A stretch of DNA of 62,236 nucleotides, filler included. It is 4 parts of 4 records of this genome, joined end to end, with 100 filler letters (N's around TTAATTAATTAA, not from the genome) between each part and the next. Parts side by side here need not be neighbours in the genome. Positions count along the whole stretch, not along the records: positions 1 to 13,446 come from SRR20825019_2554; positions 13,547 to 35,427 come from SRR20825019_2555; 2 more parts are not named here. One strand, given 5' to 3'. Positions 8,677-17,634 of the stretch are shown piece after piece. Below the pieces are notes generated by a model. The model was not told the origin of the DNA, did not search any database, and saw nothing but the letters and a program-made list of their open reading frames with translations. The position numbers and the translations under genes were made by a program. Every line of letters starts with the position of its first letter. The first letter of the stretch is position 1.

Positions 8677-9873
8677 TTAACTCCGCTGCCCCTTGGGCAG
8701 GGCCAGCGCGATCCCACCGGCCAACACCGCGAAGACAAACGCGCCCCAGAGGCAGCCTTGGAGTCCCGCGACTTGGTAGAGGATTCCGGAAAGCAGACAA
8801 CCGATCAGACGACCACCGGCGTTCGCCATGTAGTAGAAACCCACGTTGAGAGCCACTTTGTCACCATCGGTGTAATCGAGAATCAGATACGAATGGACCG
8901 CCGAGTTGAGCGCGAAGACCGCGCCGAAGATGGCCAGCCCACCCACCAGCACTATCGCCGGAGGTGCGCCCATCGCCAGACTCACGGGTGTGATCGCCGC
9001 GACCAACGCGAGCGCGAAGCCCGTGACCGCCGCCGTGCGACCGCTCGGATGATGGCCGCGCAACAGATTCGGTGTGATCGATTGCAGGATGCCGTAGCCG
9101 ATCACCCACAAGGCCATGAATGTGCCGACCTGCGAAAAGCTCCAGCCGAGCGTGCCTTCCAAAAACACCGGCACGCCGACCACAAACCAGATATCGCGCG
9201 CCCCGAAGAGAAAGAGTCGCGCGGCCGACAGCACGTTGATCGCGCGTGTCTTCGAGAAGAGTTGCTTGAACCCCACCTTCGCTTTCGCGCGCCCCATGTT
9301 GGCCGGCAGCGCAATCCAGGATCCCGCCCATACCACCACGAGCACGGCCGCCATCCCGTAGAGCGCTCCCTCATAACCCGCGACGCTGAGCAGGAATCCG
9401 CCAAGGAAAAATCCCACGCCCTTGAGCGCGTTTTTCGATCCGGTGAGAATCGCCACCCACTTGAAGAGCGCCCCTTTCGCGTCGGCGGGCACGAGCACTT
9501 TGATCGCGCTCTTCGAGCTCATCTTCGTGAGATCCTTCGCGATGCCCGACAGCGCCTGCGCGGCCATCACGTAGGCGACCGAGCCCCACTCCGGCCAAGC
9601 GGGATTGAGCAGCGCGAGCAGGGTAAGCGAAAGCACTTGCAGCAGCAGGCCGGACAGCAGCGTCACGCGCAGGCCCATCTGACTCGCGATCCAACCGCCG
9701 AGCAGATTCGTCACGATCCCGAAGAACTCGTAAAACAGAAACAGAAACGCGAGCTGCACGGGGCTGTAGCCCAGATTGAAAAAGTGCAGCAGCACCAACA
9801 ACCGCAACGCCCCATCCGTCAGCGTAAACGCCCAGTAGGCTCCGGTAACGACAGCGTAATTGCGGAGGTTCAT
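8677..9873 (-). CDS. arsJ: Organoarsenical efflux MFS transporter ArsJ
   Basis: YWAFTLTDGALR, YEFFGIVTNL, SGIAKDLTKMSSKSAIK, LTGSKNALKG, GFYYMANAGGRL; directly downstream of a GAPDH. Confidence 0.92.
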   Translation of the reverse strand: MNLRNYAVVTGAYWAFTLTDGALRLLVLLHFFNLGYSPVQLAFLFLFYEFFGIVTNLLGGWIASQMGLRVTLLSGLLLQVLSLTLLALLNPAWPEWGSVAYVMAAQALSGIAKDLTKMSSKSAIKVLVPADAKGALFKWVAILTGSKNALKGVGFFLGGFLLSVAGYEGALYGMAAVLVVVWAGSWIALPANMGRAKAKVGFKQLFSKTRAINVLSAARLFLFGARDIWFVVGVPVFLEGTLGWSFSQVGTFMALWVIGYGILQSITPNLLRGHHPSGRTAAVTGFALALVAAITPVSLAMGAPPAIVLVGGLAIFGAVFALNSAVHSYLILDYTDGDKVALNVGFYYMANAGGRLIGCLLSGILYQVAGLQGCLWGAFVFAVLAGGIALALPKGQRS

Positions 9874-9882
9874 GTGAAAAAA

Positions 9883-10896
9883 TCAGAGCGACGTCGCGAC
9901 TTTGCGGGTGAGTTCGGCCATGCGGTTGGAATAGCCCCACTCGTTGTCATACCACGCGTAAATCTTCACGACCTTGCCATCGACCACCATGGTCGAAAGC
10001 GCATCGACAATTGAAGAGCGCGGATCGCCCTGATAATCGATCGAGACGAGCGGACGTTCCTCATAGCCGAGAATATCCTTGAGCGATCCCGATTCCGCGG
10101 CGGCCCGCAGCAGCGCGTTGACCTCGTCGACCGTCGTCTCGCGTTGCACATTGAAGACGCAATCCGTGAGCGACGCATTTAGCAACGGCACGCGCACCGC
10201 ATGGCCATTGAGTTTCCCCTTCAGTTCCGGATAGATCAGCGCGATCGCGGTCGCCGATCCCGTGGTCGTCGGAATAAGTGATAGTCCACCCGCCCGCGCC
10301 CGACGCAGATCCTTGTGCGGCTGATCGACGATACTCTGCGTATTCGTCGCATCGTGAATCGTGGTAATCACACCGTTCTCAATCCCGAGTCCCTCGTGGA
10401 TCACCTTCACAATCGGCGCGAGACAGTTGGTCGTGCACGAAGCATTCGTGATGAGGTGATGCTGCTCCGGATCGTAGAGGTGATCATTGACACCCATCAC
10501 AATGTTGAGCGCACCCTCTTTGACCGGTGCCGCCACTATTACCTTTTTGACGCCGCGATCGTAATAGCCCTGAAGATCCGCGGGAGTGCGAAACTTCCCG
10601 CTGCATTCGAGCACGACCTCGACGCCATGCTCGTCCCACGCCACGTCGCACGGCTTCGCCGCTTCGCTGAATGCGATCGTCTGATCCCCCACCGCAAGAC
10701 CACCCTCAACCTCGCGCGCCTCCTGCGACCAGCGACCCTGCAGGGAATCGAAGTTGAGCAGATGCGCCGCACAGGCCGCCCCACCCTTCACCTCGTTAAT
10801 CAGTGCCCAGTCAAATTCCGGCCAATCCCAGGCCGCCCGAAACGAGAGCCGTCCAATGCGGCCGAATCCATTGATGCCAATCCGTGTCTTCTTCAT
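9883..10896 (-). CDS. ArsJ-associated glyceraldehyde-3-phosphate dehydrogenase
   Basis: [28 protein letters not shown]; lies between arsR and arsJ. Confidence 0.92.
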   Translation of the reverse strand: MKKTRIGINGFGRIGRLSFRAAWDWPEFDWALINEVKGGAACAAHLLNFDSLQGRWSQEAREVEGGLAVGDQTIAFSEAAKPCDVAWDEHGVEVVLECSGKFRTPADLQGYYDRGVKKVIVAAPVKEGALNIVMGVNDHLYDPEQHHLITNASCTTNCLAPIVKVIHEGLGIENGVITTIHDATNTQSIVDQPHKDLRRARAGGLSLIPTTTGSATAIALIYPELKGKLNGHAVRVPLLNASLTDCVFNVQRETTVDEVNALLRAAAESGSLKDILGYEERPLVSIDYQGDPRSSIVDALSTMVVDGKVVKIYAWYDNEWGYSNRMAELTRKVATSL

Positions 10897-10909
10897 AGGT
10901 TTAAATCAC

Positions 10910-11260
10910 TCAGCAGCCGCACGGGCTGTTCGCTTCGATGGCCTTACGGTTTCGTTTCAGCTTCGCGAGGTCATGCTTGAACACCCGGTTCTCCTGCACG
11001 CAATCCTGCAAACAGCGCAGGTTTTTCTCCAGCTCGGGAGATCTCTTCTTCGGCAGACTGTAGATCATCCAATTCCCGTCTCGCTCCGCCTCGACCAAGC
11101 CGCGTTTTCGCAAATACGCCAGATGCTTGGATATCTTCACCTGAGGTTCATCCAGCAAATTCTGAAAATGACACACGCAAAGCGGACGCACACTCAGCAG
11201 GTTCAACAACCGCAAACGCGTCTGATCACACAGGCATTCGTAAATCGAAATCAGTTCCAC
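10910..11260 (-). CDS. arsR: ArsR/SmtB family metalloregulator
   Basis: DQTRLRLL, LCVCH Cys pair, QVKISKHLAYLR helix, C-terminal PCGC; GTG start. Confidence 0.88.
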   Translation of the reverse strand: MELISIYECLCDQTRLRLLNLLSVRPLCVCHFQNLLDEPQVKISKHLAYLRKRGLVEAERDGNWMIYSLPKKRSPELEKNLRCLQDCVQENRVFKHDLAKLKRNRKAIEANSPCGC

Positions 11261-11269
11261 GCCCTCTTC

Positions 11270-11289
11270 ATATCCCTATTATGGAATAT
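11270..11289 (-). promoter_or_regulatory. Probable ArsR operator
   Basis: Imperfect palindrome ATATTCCATAATAGGGATAT immediately upstream of arsR. Confidence 0.5.
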
Positions 11290-11337
11290 ACTTCAAGCGG
11301 AATATTGAACAACCCCGATCCCACATCTCGAACCGCT

Positions 11338-11438
11338 TTAAATGTGGAAATCAGGAAAGGAGGAAAACGAACCCACGCGACTGAAAGTCCACGTTGCCTC
11401 GGTCAGTATTATCCTGATTTCCTGATTTCCACATTTAA
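11338..11438. repeat. Perfect 21-bp inverted repeat (MITE/REPIN-like)
   Basis: TTAAATGTGGAAATCAGGAAA (11338-11358) and TTTCCTGATTTCCACATTTAA (11418-11438); related AATGTGGAAAGCTGGAAA near 13348. Confidence 0.75.
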
Positions 11439-11492
11439 CTCCTATCCAGATCGATTCCTACATTCCGCGTTTTCAGCGTATACCGTGGGCCC

Positions 11493-12365
11493 TCATCCTC
11501 CAGCCGACATCCGCCAGGCTCGCGGCGTGACGTTGAAGGCGCGTTTGAACTGCGTGCTGAAATGCTGAGACGAGCTAAAACCATACATCAGCGCCACCGT
11601 GGTCACATCATAGGCGGGTTGACGCAAGGTATCGCGCGCCGCCTCCAACCGCAGTTGCAGGTGATAGGCCGCCGGGGTCATTCCCACCTCTCGTCTGAAT
11701 TGCGTGCAGAAATGCGGCACACTCCGTGCCGTCGCCACCGCCGCGAGATCGGTCAGCGGCAAACGCTCCTGCAAATTCTGTCGGAGGAATGCCACCGCCT
11801 TTTGCACTCCGTAGGAATACGGCAGATGCGGTTTTGTCGGTGTTTCCTCCCGTCCCTCCAGAATATCGAGGCGTTGTTCCAACAGCGTTACAAACATCGC
11901 CATACAGGCGCGAATCGCTTCGGAGCGTCTCGCGCGGGGCGACACGATCTGCCGTATAAAGCTCCGCAGCACCGGCTCCACTTCGTCGCAGCCCGACACG
12001 AGTCGTGGTCTTGATCGACGCAGCCGCTCCGCCAATCGCCGCGCTTCCGCTCCATAGCGATCCAGATCAATCCCCACCCACAAATGCTGACTTTCAGGGT
12101 TCCCCTTGCCACTGCTTCCGTGGCTCTCTCGGGGATAGGCCACATAAAGATCGCCCATTCGCTGCACCGTGGTTTGGCCATCCGCCCGCCAAGTCGCCTG
12201 CCCGCGCGAAAGATAGAGAAACTCAAATCCCGTGTGATGGTGCGCCGCCAAATGATGACCGTCACAGCACAACGCCTCGCCACAATGCGTCAGCTCCGGT
12301 ATCTCGTCCACCGGATGTTCGTAAACAAAACCACTGATAATCTGGGGATCACGGAGAACTTGCAT
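11493..12365 (-). CDS. AraC family transcriptional regulator
   Basis: Cupin N-terminus (HHHTGFEFLY) and AraC HTH (FRREVGMTP, GFSSSQHFSTQFKR). Confidence 0.9.
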   Translation of the reverse strand: MQVLRDPQIISGFVYEHPVDEIPELTHCGEALCCDGHHLAAHHHTGFEFLYLSRGQATWRADGQTTVQRMGDLYVAYPRESHGSSGKGNPESQHLWVGIDLDRYGAEARRLAERLRRSRPRLVSGCDEVEPVLRSFIRQIVSPRARRSEAIRACMAMFVTLLEQRLDILEGREETPTKPHLPYSYGVQKAVAFLRQNLQERLPLTDLAAVATARSVPHFCTQFRREVGMTPAAYHLQLRLEAARDTLRQPAYDVTTVALMYGFSSSQHFSTQFKRAFNVTPRAWRMSAGG

Positions 12366-12513
12366 GACGGGACAGCCCTCACCCTGCCTGTTCGCTAATT
12401 TTATCCGAGCATAATTTTCTATACAAATTATCGAAAACCGATGAACGCCCTTTCTTCGCTTTCCCCGTAAGGTCGGAGCTTCGTTTTTCTCCCAACCTCA
12501 GCCCTCTACTTTT

Positions 12514-13326
12514 ATGTCCGAATCAACCCACAAACTCACGGAAGAGCAAAAAGCCTTCTACCACAAAAACGGTTATCTCCTCGGTCTCCCCGCCATTTTC
12601 ACGAAAGATGAAATGGACAAGATCAATGCCGAGCTCCCCAATCTCCTCGCCCTCCTCAAAGAAGGTGAAAGCACCAAGGATATCCGCGAATGGCACGAGA
12701 CCAGCACCTATCTCAACGATATCTGCAAACACCCGAAAATCCTCGATCTCGTCGAAGGTATTCTCGGACCCAACTTTTATTACTGGGCCAGCAACTTCTT
12801 CATCAAGGAGCCCAAGACCATGTCCACCGTCGGCTGGCATCAGGACTCCTACTACTGGCCGATGACGCCCAACAACTCCGTGACCGTCTGGCTCGCGTTT
12901 GATGATGTGGACGAGGAAAACGGCGCGATGAAACTCATCCCCGGCTCTCATCTCGGCGGCGTGATCAAACACAAAAAGTCCGAAGCTACTGATTCCGTGC
13001 TCACGCTCGAACTCGCCGACGGTTCCGACTTCAACGCCGACAGCGCCGTGCAATTCAAGCTCAAGGCCGGCGAGTGCTCGCTCCATGACGACCGCGCCAT
13101 CCACGGTTCTCAGGCCAATCCTTCCAACCGTCGTCGCGCCGGTCTCACCATCCGCTACTCCGGCACCAACGTGAAAAACGACCTCTCAGTAAACCCGAAC
13201 TTCAAGGCCTACCTCTGCCGCGGCGTCGACGAGTTCAAACACAACCCTCCCGGCGTCGAACCGACCCAACGCTACGGCCGTCCCGACTTCAAGCCCGTCA
13301 GCAACGAAGAAGCCGGCAAAGGCTGA
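12514..13326 (+). CDS. Phytanoyl-CoA dioxygenase (PhyH) family Fe(II)/2OG dioxygenase
   Basis: WHQD, VTVWLAFDD..ENGAM..IPGSH, HGS.AN.S.RRR; divergent from araC. Confidence 0.88.
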   Translation: MSESTHKLTEEQKAFYHKNGYLLGLPAIFTKDEMDKINAELPNLLALLKEGESTKDIREWHETSTYLNDICKHPKILDLVEGILGPNFYYWASNFFIKEPKTMSTVGWHQDSYYWPMTPNNSVTVWLAFDDVDEENGAMKLIPGSHLGGVIKHKKSEATDSVLTLELADGSDFNADSAVQFKLKAGECSLHDDRAIHGSQANPSNRRRAGLTIRYSGTNVKNDLSVNPNFKAYLCRGVDEFKHNPPGVEPTQRYGRPDFKPVSNEEAGKG

Positions 13327-13420
13327 TTAGGAATGCGATCCTGATTGAATGTGGAAAGCTGGAAATCCCTCCGTCGCTAAAGCTATGGCGGGCAAGCAGG
13401 AATCTAGTCCATCGCTAATT

Positions 13421-13446
13421 GTAGGGCGGGGTCTCCGAACCCCGCC
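13421..13446 (+). repeat. GTAG REP copy at the contig end
   Basis: GTAGGGCGGGGTCTCCGAACCCCGCC, one mismatch to the reverse complement of 50-75. Confidence 0.8.
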
Positions 13447-13546
13447 NNNNNNNNNNNNNNNNNNNNNNNNNNNNNNNNNNNNNNNNNNNNTTAATTAATT
13501 AANNNNNNNNNNNNNNNNNNNNNNNNNNNNNNNNNNNNNNNNNNNN
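13447..13546. other. Artificial contig linker
   Basis: 44 N + TTAATTAATTAA (stops in all frames) + 44 N; abrupt switch from GC-rich to AT-rich DNA. Confidence 0.97.
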
Positions 13547-14252
13547 TTTTCTGGGAATGGGAGATAATTGGAAAACACTTGCAAAGCAATTTTCTGAAGA
13601 TGGTTATCAGGTTCATCTAATTGATCAGAGAAATCACGGTAGGAGTCCACATTCTGATGACTTTTCTTACGAGTTGTTAGCTGAAGATTTAAAAGACTAC
13701 TGTAAACTTCATAATCTTGAGTCCAGTATTTTACTCGGTCATTCTATGGGAGGAAAAACAGCAATGCTGGCAGCTACTAATGCACCAGAGTTGTTTGAAA
13801 AACTAATTATTGTAGATATTGCACCCAAATCTTACCCGCAACACCATCAATCTATTCTTAAAGGATTGTCGTCATTAGATTTTAACATCATTAAAAGTCG
13901 AGGTGGTGCAGACAAAAAACTTTCAGAATATGTATCAGAACTAGGTGTAAGGCAATTTTTGTTAAAAAACTTATACTGGATTAAAAAGGGACAGTTGGCC
14001 TTAAGGATGAATTTAAAATCTTTAATTGAAAATATTGAAGAAGTAGGAAAGCCTCTACCTAATGGTAAAACATATAGTAAACCAACATTATTTCTTAAGG
14101 GAGAACGTTCAGATTATATCACATCTGAAGACGAATCTTTAATTTTGAATCATTTTCCAGAGGCTAAAATTGAAAAAATTAACAACTCAGGACATTGGGT
14201 TCACGCTGAGAATCCTGACGCTTTTTACGCTAAAATTGTGAAATTCATATAA
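13547..14252 (+). CDS. Alpha/beta hydrolase (YbfF-like esterase), 5' truncated
   Basis: FLGMGDNW, DQRNHGRS, GHSMGG, GHWVHAE; frame is open to the contig edge. Confidence 0.88.
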
Positions 14253-14359
14253 ATGCACTGTCTATATTATGTATGCATAATAATTTTGCCTAATCTGTTG
14301 TAGAGTTCATATTTTATTTTAAATTTACGACGTTAACAAAACCTTAAAAAACATATAAT

Positions 14360-15607
14360 ATGAAAAAATTATTAACGCTTGCTGTATTTACCTTGGCAAT
14401 GGCATCTGTATATGCAGGTGGTTATCGAGTAAGCTTACAGGGACAACGTGCCTTGGCTATGGGACACACAGGTGTCGCTGTTGTAAACTCAGCAGAATTG
14501 GCATTTTTTAATCCTGCAGGTTTAGTATATTTAGAAAATAAGCTAAATGTATCTGTCGGTGGTTTTGGTGTCTTTTCAGATGTAACTTATCAAAATACAG
14601 AGTTTGGAACGTCTTCTCAAACAGACAGTCCAGTAGGAACACCTCTTTATCTTTATGCTTCTTATAAAGTGACAGATTGGTTTACAGCCGGTTTAGCTGT
14701 TTATACACCTTATGGTAGTACTGTAGAGTGGCCAACAGATTGGTCTGGATCTCATCTGGTAAACAGAATAGATCTTCAGGCTATTTACATTCAGCCTTTA
14801 GCATCATTTAAGATTAATGATATCTTGAGTATTGGTGGTGGTCCAATTTATGTAACTGGTGCTGTTGAGTTTAATAGAAACATTAACAGAACTCTTACAG
14901 ACGAACAAGGTGTAAGATCTAATGTTACAATAGAAGATTCTGGAGTTTCAGAATGGGGATATAGTGTAAGTGCTATGTTTACTCCAACAGAAAAATTAAG
15001 AGTAGGTTTTAACTATAGAAGTGAGATAATTCTTGATTCTACAGAAGGAACAGCAACGTTCTCAAACTTCCCTAACTCTCCAGCAGTACCAGCAAATGGT
15101 GACCAAGGCTTTTCTGCAAGTCTTCCTTTGCCAGCAGAATTAACTGTAGGTGTATCTTATGAATTCTGTGATAAATTTACTTTCGCTTTTGATTATAACA
15201 GAGCTTTCTGGGATGTATACAATAATTTAGATATTCAATTTGAAGATGGTAACGAATCTTTAAACCCAAGAAACTACGAAAACGCAAATATTTGGAGATT
15301 TGGTCTTCAGTATGATGCTACTGAGAAAATTACTTTAAGAGGTGGTTACTATTTTGATGAGTCTCCTGTTCAAGAAGGCTATTTTGCTCCAGAGACGCCA
15401 AGAAACGACTCTCACGGATTTACTGGGGGTTTATCTTTCCAGGTAACGCCTAGCTTAGCAATAGATGCTTCTTTCTTATATGTACGATTTGAAGAGGTAG
15501 ATGCTTCTTACGATTTTTATCAAGAAAATGGACAGAATGTGCCATTTGAAGGAACATATAAATCTAGCGCGTTCTCACCAGGTTTAGGTGTAACATACAA
15601 ACTATAA
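14360..15607 (+). CDS. FadL/OmpP1 family outer-membrane transporter
   Basis: Signal peptide, GQRALAMG, FFNPAGL hatch motif, beta-barrel with aromatic C-terminus. Confidence 0.88.
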   Translation: MKKLLTLAVFTLAMASVYAGGYRVSLQGQRALAMGHTGVAVVNSAELAFFNPAGLVYLENKLNVSVGGFGVFSDVTYQNTEFGTSSQTDSPVGTPLYLYASYKVTDWFTAGLAVYTPYGSTVEWPTDWSGSHLVNRIDLQAIYIQPLASFKINDILSIGGGPIYVTGAVEFNRNINRTLTDEQGVRSNVTIEDSGVSEWGYSVSAMFTPTEKLRVGFNYRSEIILDSTEGTATFSNFPNSPAVPANGDQGFSASLPLPAELTVGVSYEFCDKFTFAFDYNRAFWDVYNNLDIQFEDGNESLNPRNYENANIWRFGLQYDATEKITLRGGYYFDESPVQEGYFAPETPRNDSHGFTGGLSFQVTPSLAIDASFLYVRFEEVDASYDFYQENGQNVPFEGTYKSSAFSPGLGVTYKL

Positions 15608-15630
15608 TAACACATTATATAAATTAGCAT

Positions 15631-17139
15631 ATGAAAAACTATATAAAATACTTTGCAATTCTTGCCTTAGGCTTTGTAGCTTGTGAGCCAGAATTAGACA
15701 ATCCTATTGAAGATGGAGGCGTGTATGACTCTGGTGATGCAGACTTCTCTAACTTTGTTGCAGTTGGTAACTCTTTAACTGCAGGTTTTGCAGATAATGC
15801 ATTATACCTTCAAGCACAACAAAGTTCTTACCCAAACATTCTTGCAAATCAATTTTCACTTTTAGGTGGCGGCGAGTTTACGCAACCATTAGTAAATGAT
15901 AATGCTGGAGGTTTACTGTTAAGCGGTACTCAAATTACAGACAATCGTTTTGTGTTAGCTTTTGATGCTGCTGGAAATCCTGGTCCTGCTGTTTATACAG
16001 GACAAACTCCTACAACAGATATCTCAAACGTACTAAGTGGACCATTTAATAATATGGGTGTTCCTGGTGCTAAGAGTTTTCATTTAGGATTAGAAGGATA
16101 TGGTAATGTAGCAAACTTTCCTGCTGCTGCAAACCCTTACTTTATAAGAATGGCATCTTCTCCAAACGCTACTGTTATAGGAGATGCTGTCTCTCAAAAC
16201 CCAACATTCTTTGCGCTTTGGATAGGTAATAATGATGTATTAAGCTATGCTACAACTGGTGGTATAGGTGTTGATCAAACAGGAAATTTTGATCCTACAA
16301 CATATGGATCTAATGATATTACAGACCCAAATGTATTTGCACAGGTTTATAGCGGTTATGTATCAGCTTTAGCTTCTAATGGAGCAAAAGGAGTTTTAGT
16401 TAATATTCCAGATGTAACTTCTATTCCATATTTTACAACTGTACCTACAAACCCAATACCTTTAGATGCGCCTACGGCTGCATTTGCTAACAACGCTTAT
16501 ACGGATTATAATAACGCAATTGCACTTTATGCATCATTTGGAGTAATATCGCAAGAAGAAGCAGCGCGACGCAATATTAGTTTTCAGGCAGGTCAAAATG
16601 GAGCTGTAATCTTAGACGAAACATTAACGCCATTGGTAAACCCAACAGATGGATCTCAAATTCCACCATTACGTCAATCTGCGTCAGGTGATTTAATTAC
16701 ATTGCCAGCAGCATCTGTATTAGGAACATTAGCTAACCCAGATGATCAAACATCTGTAATTGGTGTAGCAGTTCCTTTACAAGATCAATTTGTTTTAATC
16801 CCAGAAGAGCAAACTTCAATTTCAAATGCATCTGCAGCTTACAATGCAACGATTCAAGGTTTAGCAGAAGCTAACGGCTTGGCTTATGTTGATGCTAGAG
16901 CAGAATTAAATGCAGTAGCAAATGGAGGCATTAGTTTTGATGGCGGTACAATTACATCTGTATTTGCAACAGGAGGTGCATTTTCTTTAGATGGTGTACA
17001 CCCAACGCCAAGAGGATATGCATTTACAGCTAACGCTATTATAGATGCGATTAACTCTACTTATAATGCTACTGTGCCAAAAGTTAATATTGGTTCTTAT
17101 AGCACTGTTAACTTAAGTAATAGTGTTGGTGGAAACTAA
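15631..17139 (+). CDS. GDSL/SGNH lipolytic lipoprotein
   Basis: Lipobox FVAC, VAVGNSLTAG, WIGNND, DGVHP. Confidence 0.85.
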   Translation: MKNYIKYFAILALGFVACEPELDNPIEDGGVYDSGDADFSNFVAVGNSLTAGFADNALYLQAQQSSYPNILANQFSLLGGGEFTQPLVNDNAGGLLLSGTQITDNRFVLAFDAAGNPGPAVYTGQTPTTDISNVLSGPFNNMGVPGAKSFHLGLEGYGNVANFPAAANPYFIRMASSPNATVIGDAVSQNPTFFALWIGNNDVLSYATTGGIGVDQTGNFDPTTYGSNDITDPNVFAQVYSGYVSALASNGAKGVLVNIPDVTSIPYFTTVPTNPIPLDAPTAAFANNAYTDYNNAIALYASFGVISQEEAARRNISFQAGQNGAVILDETLTPLVNPTDGSQIPPLRQSASGDLITLPAASVLGTLANPDDQTSVIGVAVPLQDQFVLIPEEQTSISNASAAYNATIQGLAEANGLAYVDARAELNAVANGGISFDGGTITSVFATGGAFSLDGVHPTPRGYAFTANAIIDAINSTYNATVPKVNIGSYSTVNLSNSVGGN

Positions 17140-17163
17140 TTAGATAAAATTTATTAAATTTAT

Positions 17164-17196
17164 AAAAGCGCTTCAAATTAATGAAGCGCTTTTTTT
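17164..17196 (+). terminator. Intrinsic terminator
   Basis: AAAAGCGCTTCA/TGAAGCGCTTTT hairpin followed by a T run. Confidence 0.75.
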
Positions 17197-17205
17197 AATG
17201 ATACT

Positions 17206-17553
17206 ATGAAACTTATATTAAGACTTTTACTAACTGCATTAGCAGTTGTTTTATTAGCAAAACTCCTTCCAGGTATAACAGTTACGGGATACTTAAGTGC
17301 AATTATCGTTGCAGTGGTGTTGGCATTACTTAAATTAATTGTAAGACCTGTTTTAGTTATACTAACACTACCAATTACCGTGTTAACATTAGGGCTTTTC
17401 CTATTGGTTATAAATGCAGTAATTATTTTACTTGCAGATGCTTTTATTGATGGTTTTGCGGTAAGTGGTTTTTGGATAGCATTAGTGTTTAGTATCTTAT
17501 TATCTATTATTCAATCTATATTGTTCTCTGTATTAGATACAGACAACGACTAA
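17206..17553 (+). CDS. YvlD/'phage holin 4' family membrane protein
   Basis: Four TM segments, VRPVLVILTLPITVLTLGLFLLVINA signature. Confidence 0.85.
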   Translation: MKLILRLLLTALAVVLLAKLLPGITVTGYLSAIIVAVVLALLKLIVRPVLVILTLPITVLTLGLFLLVINAVIILLADAFIDGFAVSGFWIALVFSILLSIIQSILFSVLDTDND

Positions 17554-17634
17554 TTAAGGCACAGCATTTTAGGAGTTGTAGGGTCTCAAGAAAAGCCGTA
17601 TTTTTGCACTCCAATTTTTAAGAGGTTTTACAGA

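Noticed and set aside
8758-10014. 418-aa plus-strand ORF, and similar ORFs at 5623-6618, 49676-50485 and 53420-54067
   Set aside because: Antisense shadows of clearly identifiable genes in GC-rich DNA, with no recognisable motifs
12514-13326. PhyH protein as a halogenase
   Set aside because: It keeps H-Q-D, whereas Fe/2OG halogenases replace the acidic ligand with Ala or Gly
1-13446. Recurring 24-26-nt palindromic repeats as a CRISPR array
   Set aside because: They are dispersed and inverted rather than regularly spaced direct repeats, and no cas genes are present
17206-17553. 'Phage holin' as a sign of a prophage
   Set aside because: YvlD-like membrane protein among housekeeping genes, with no phage genes nearby
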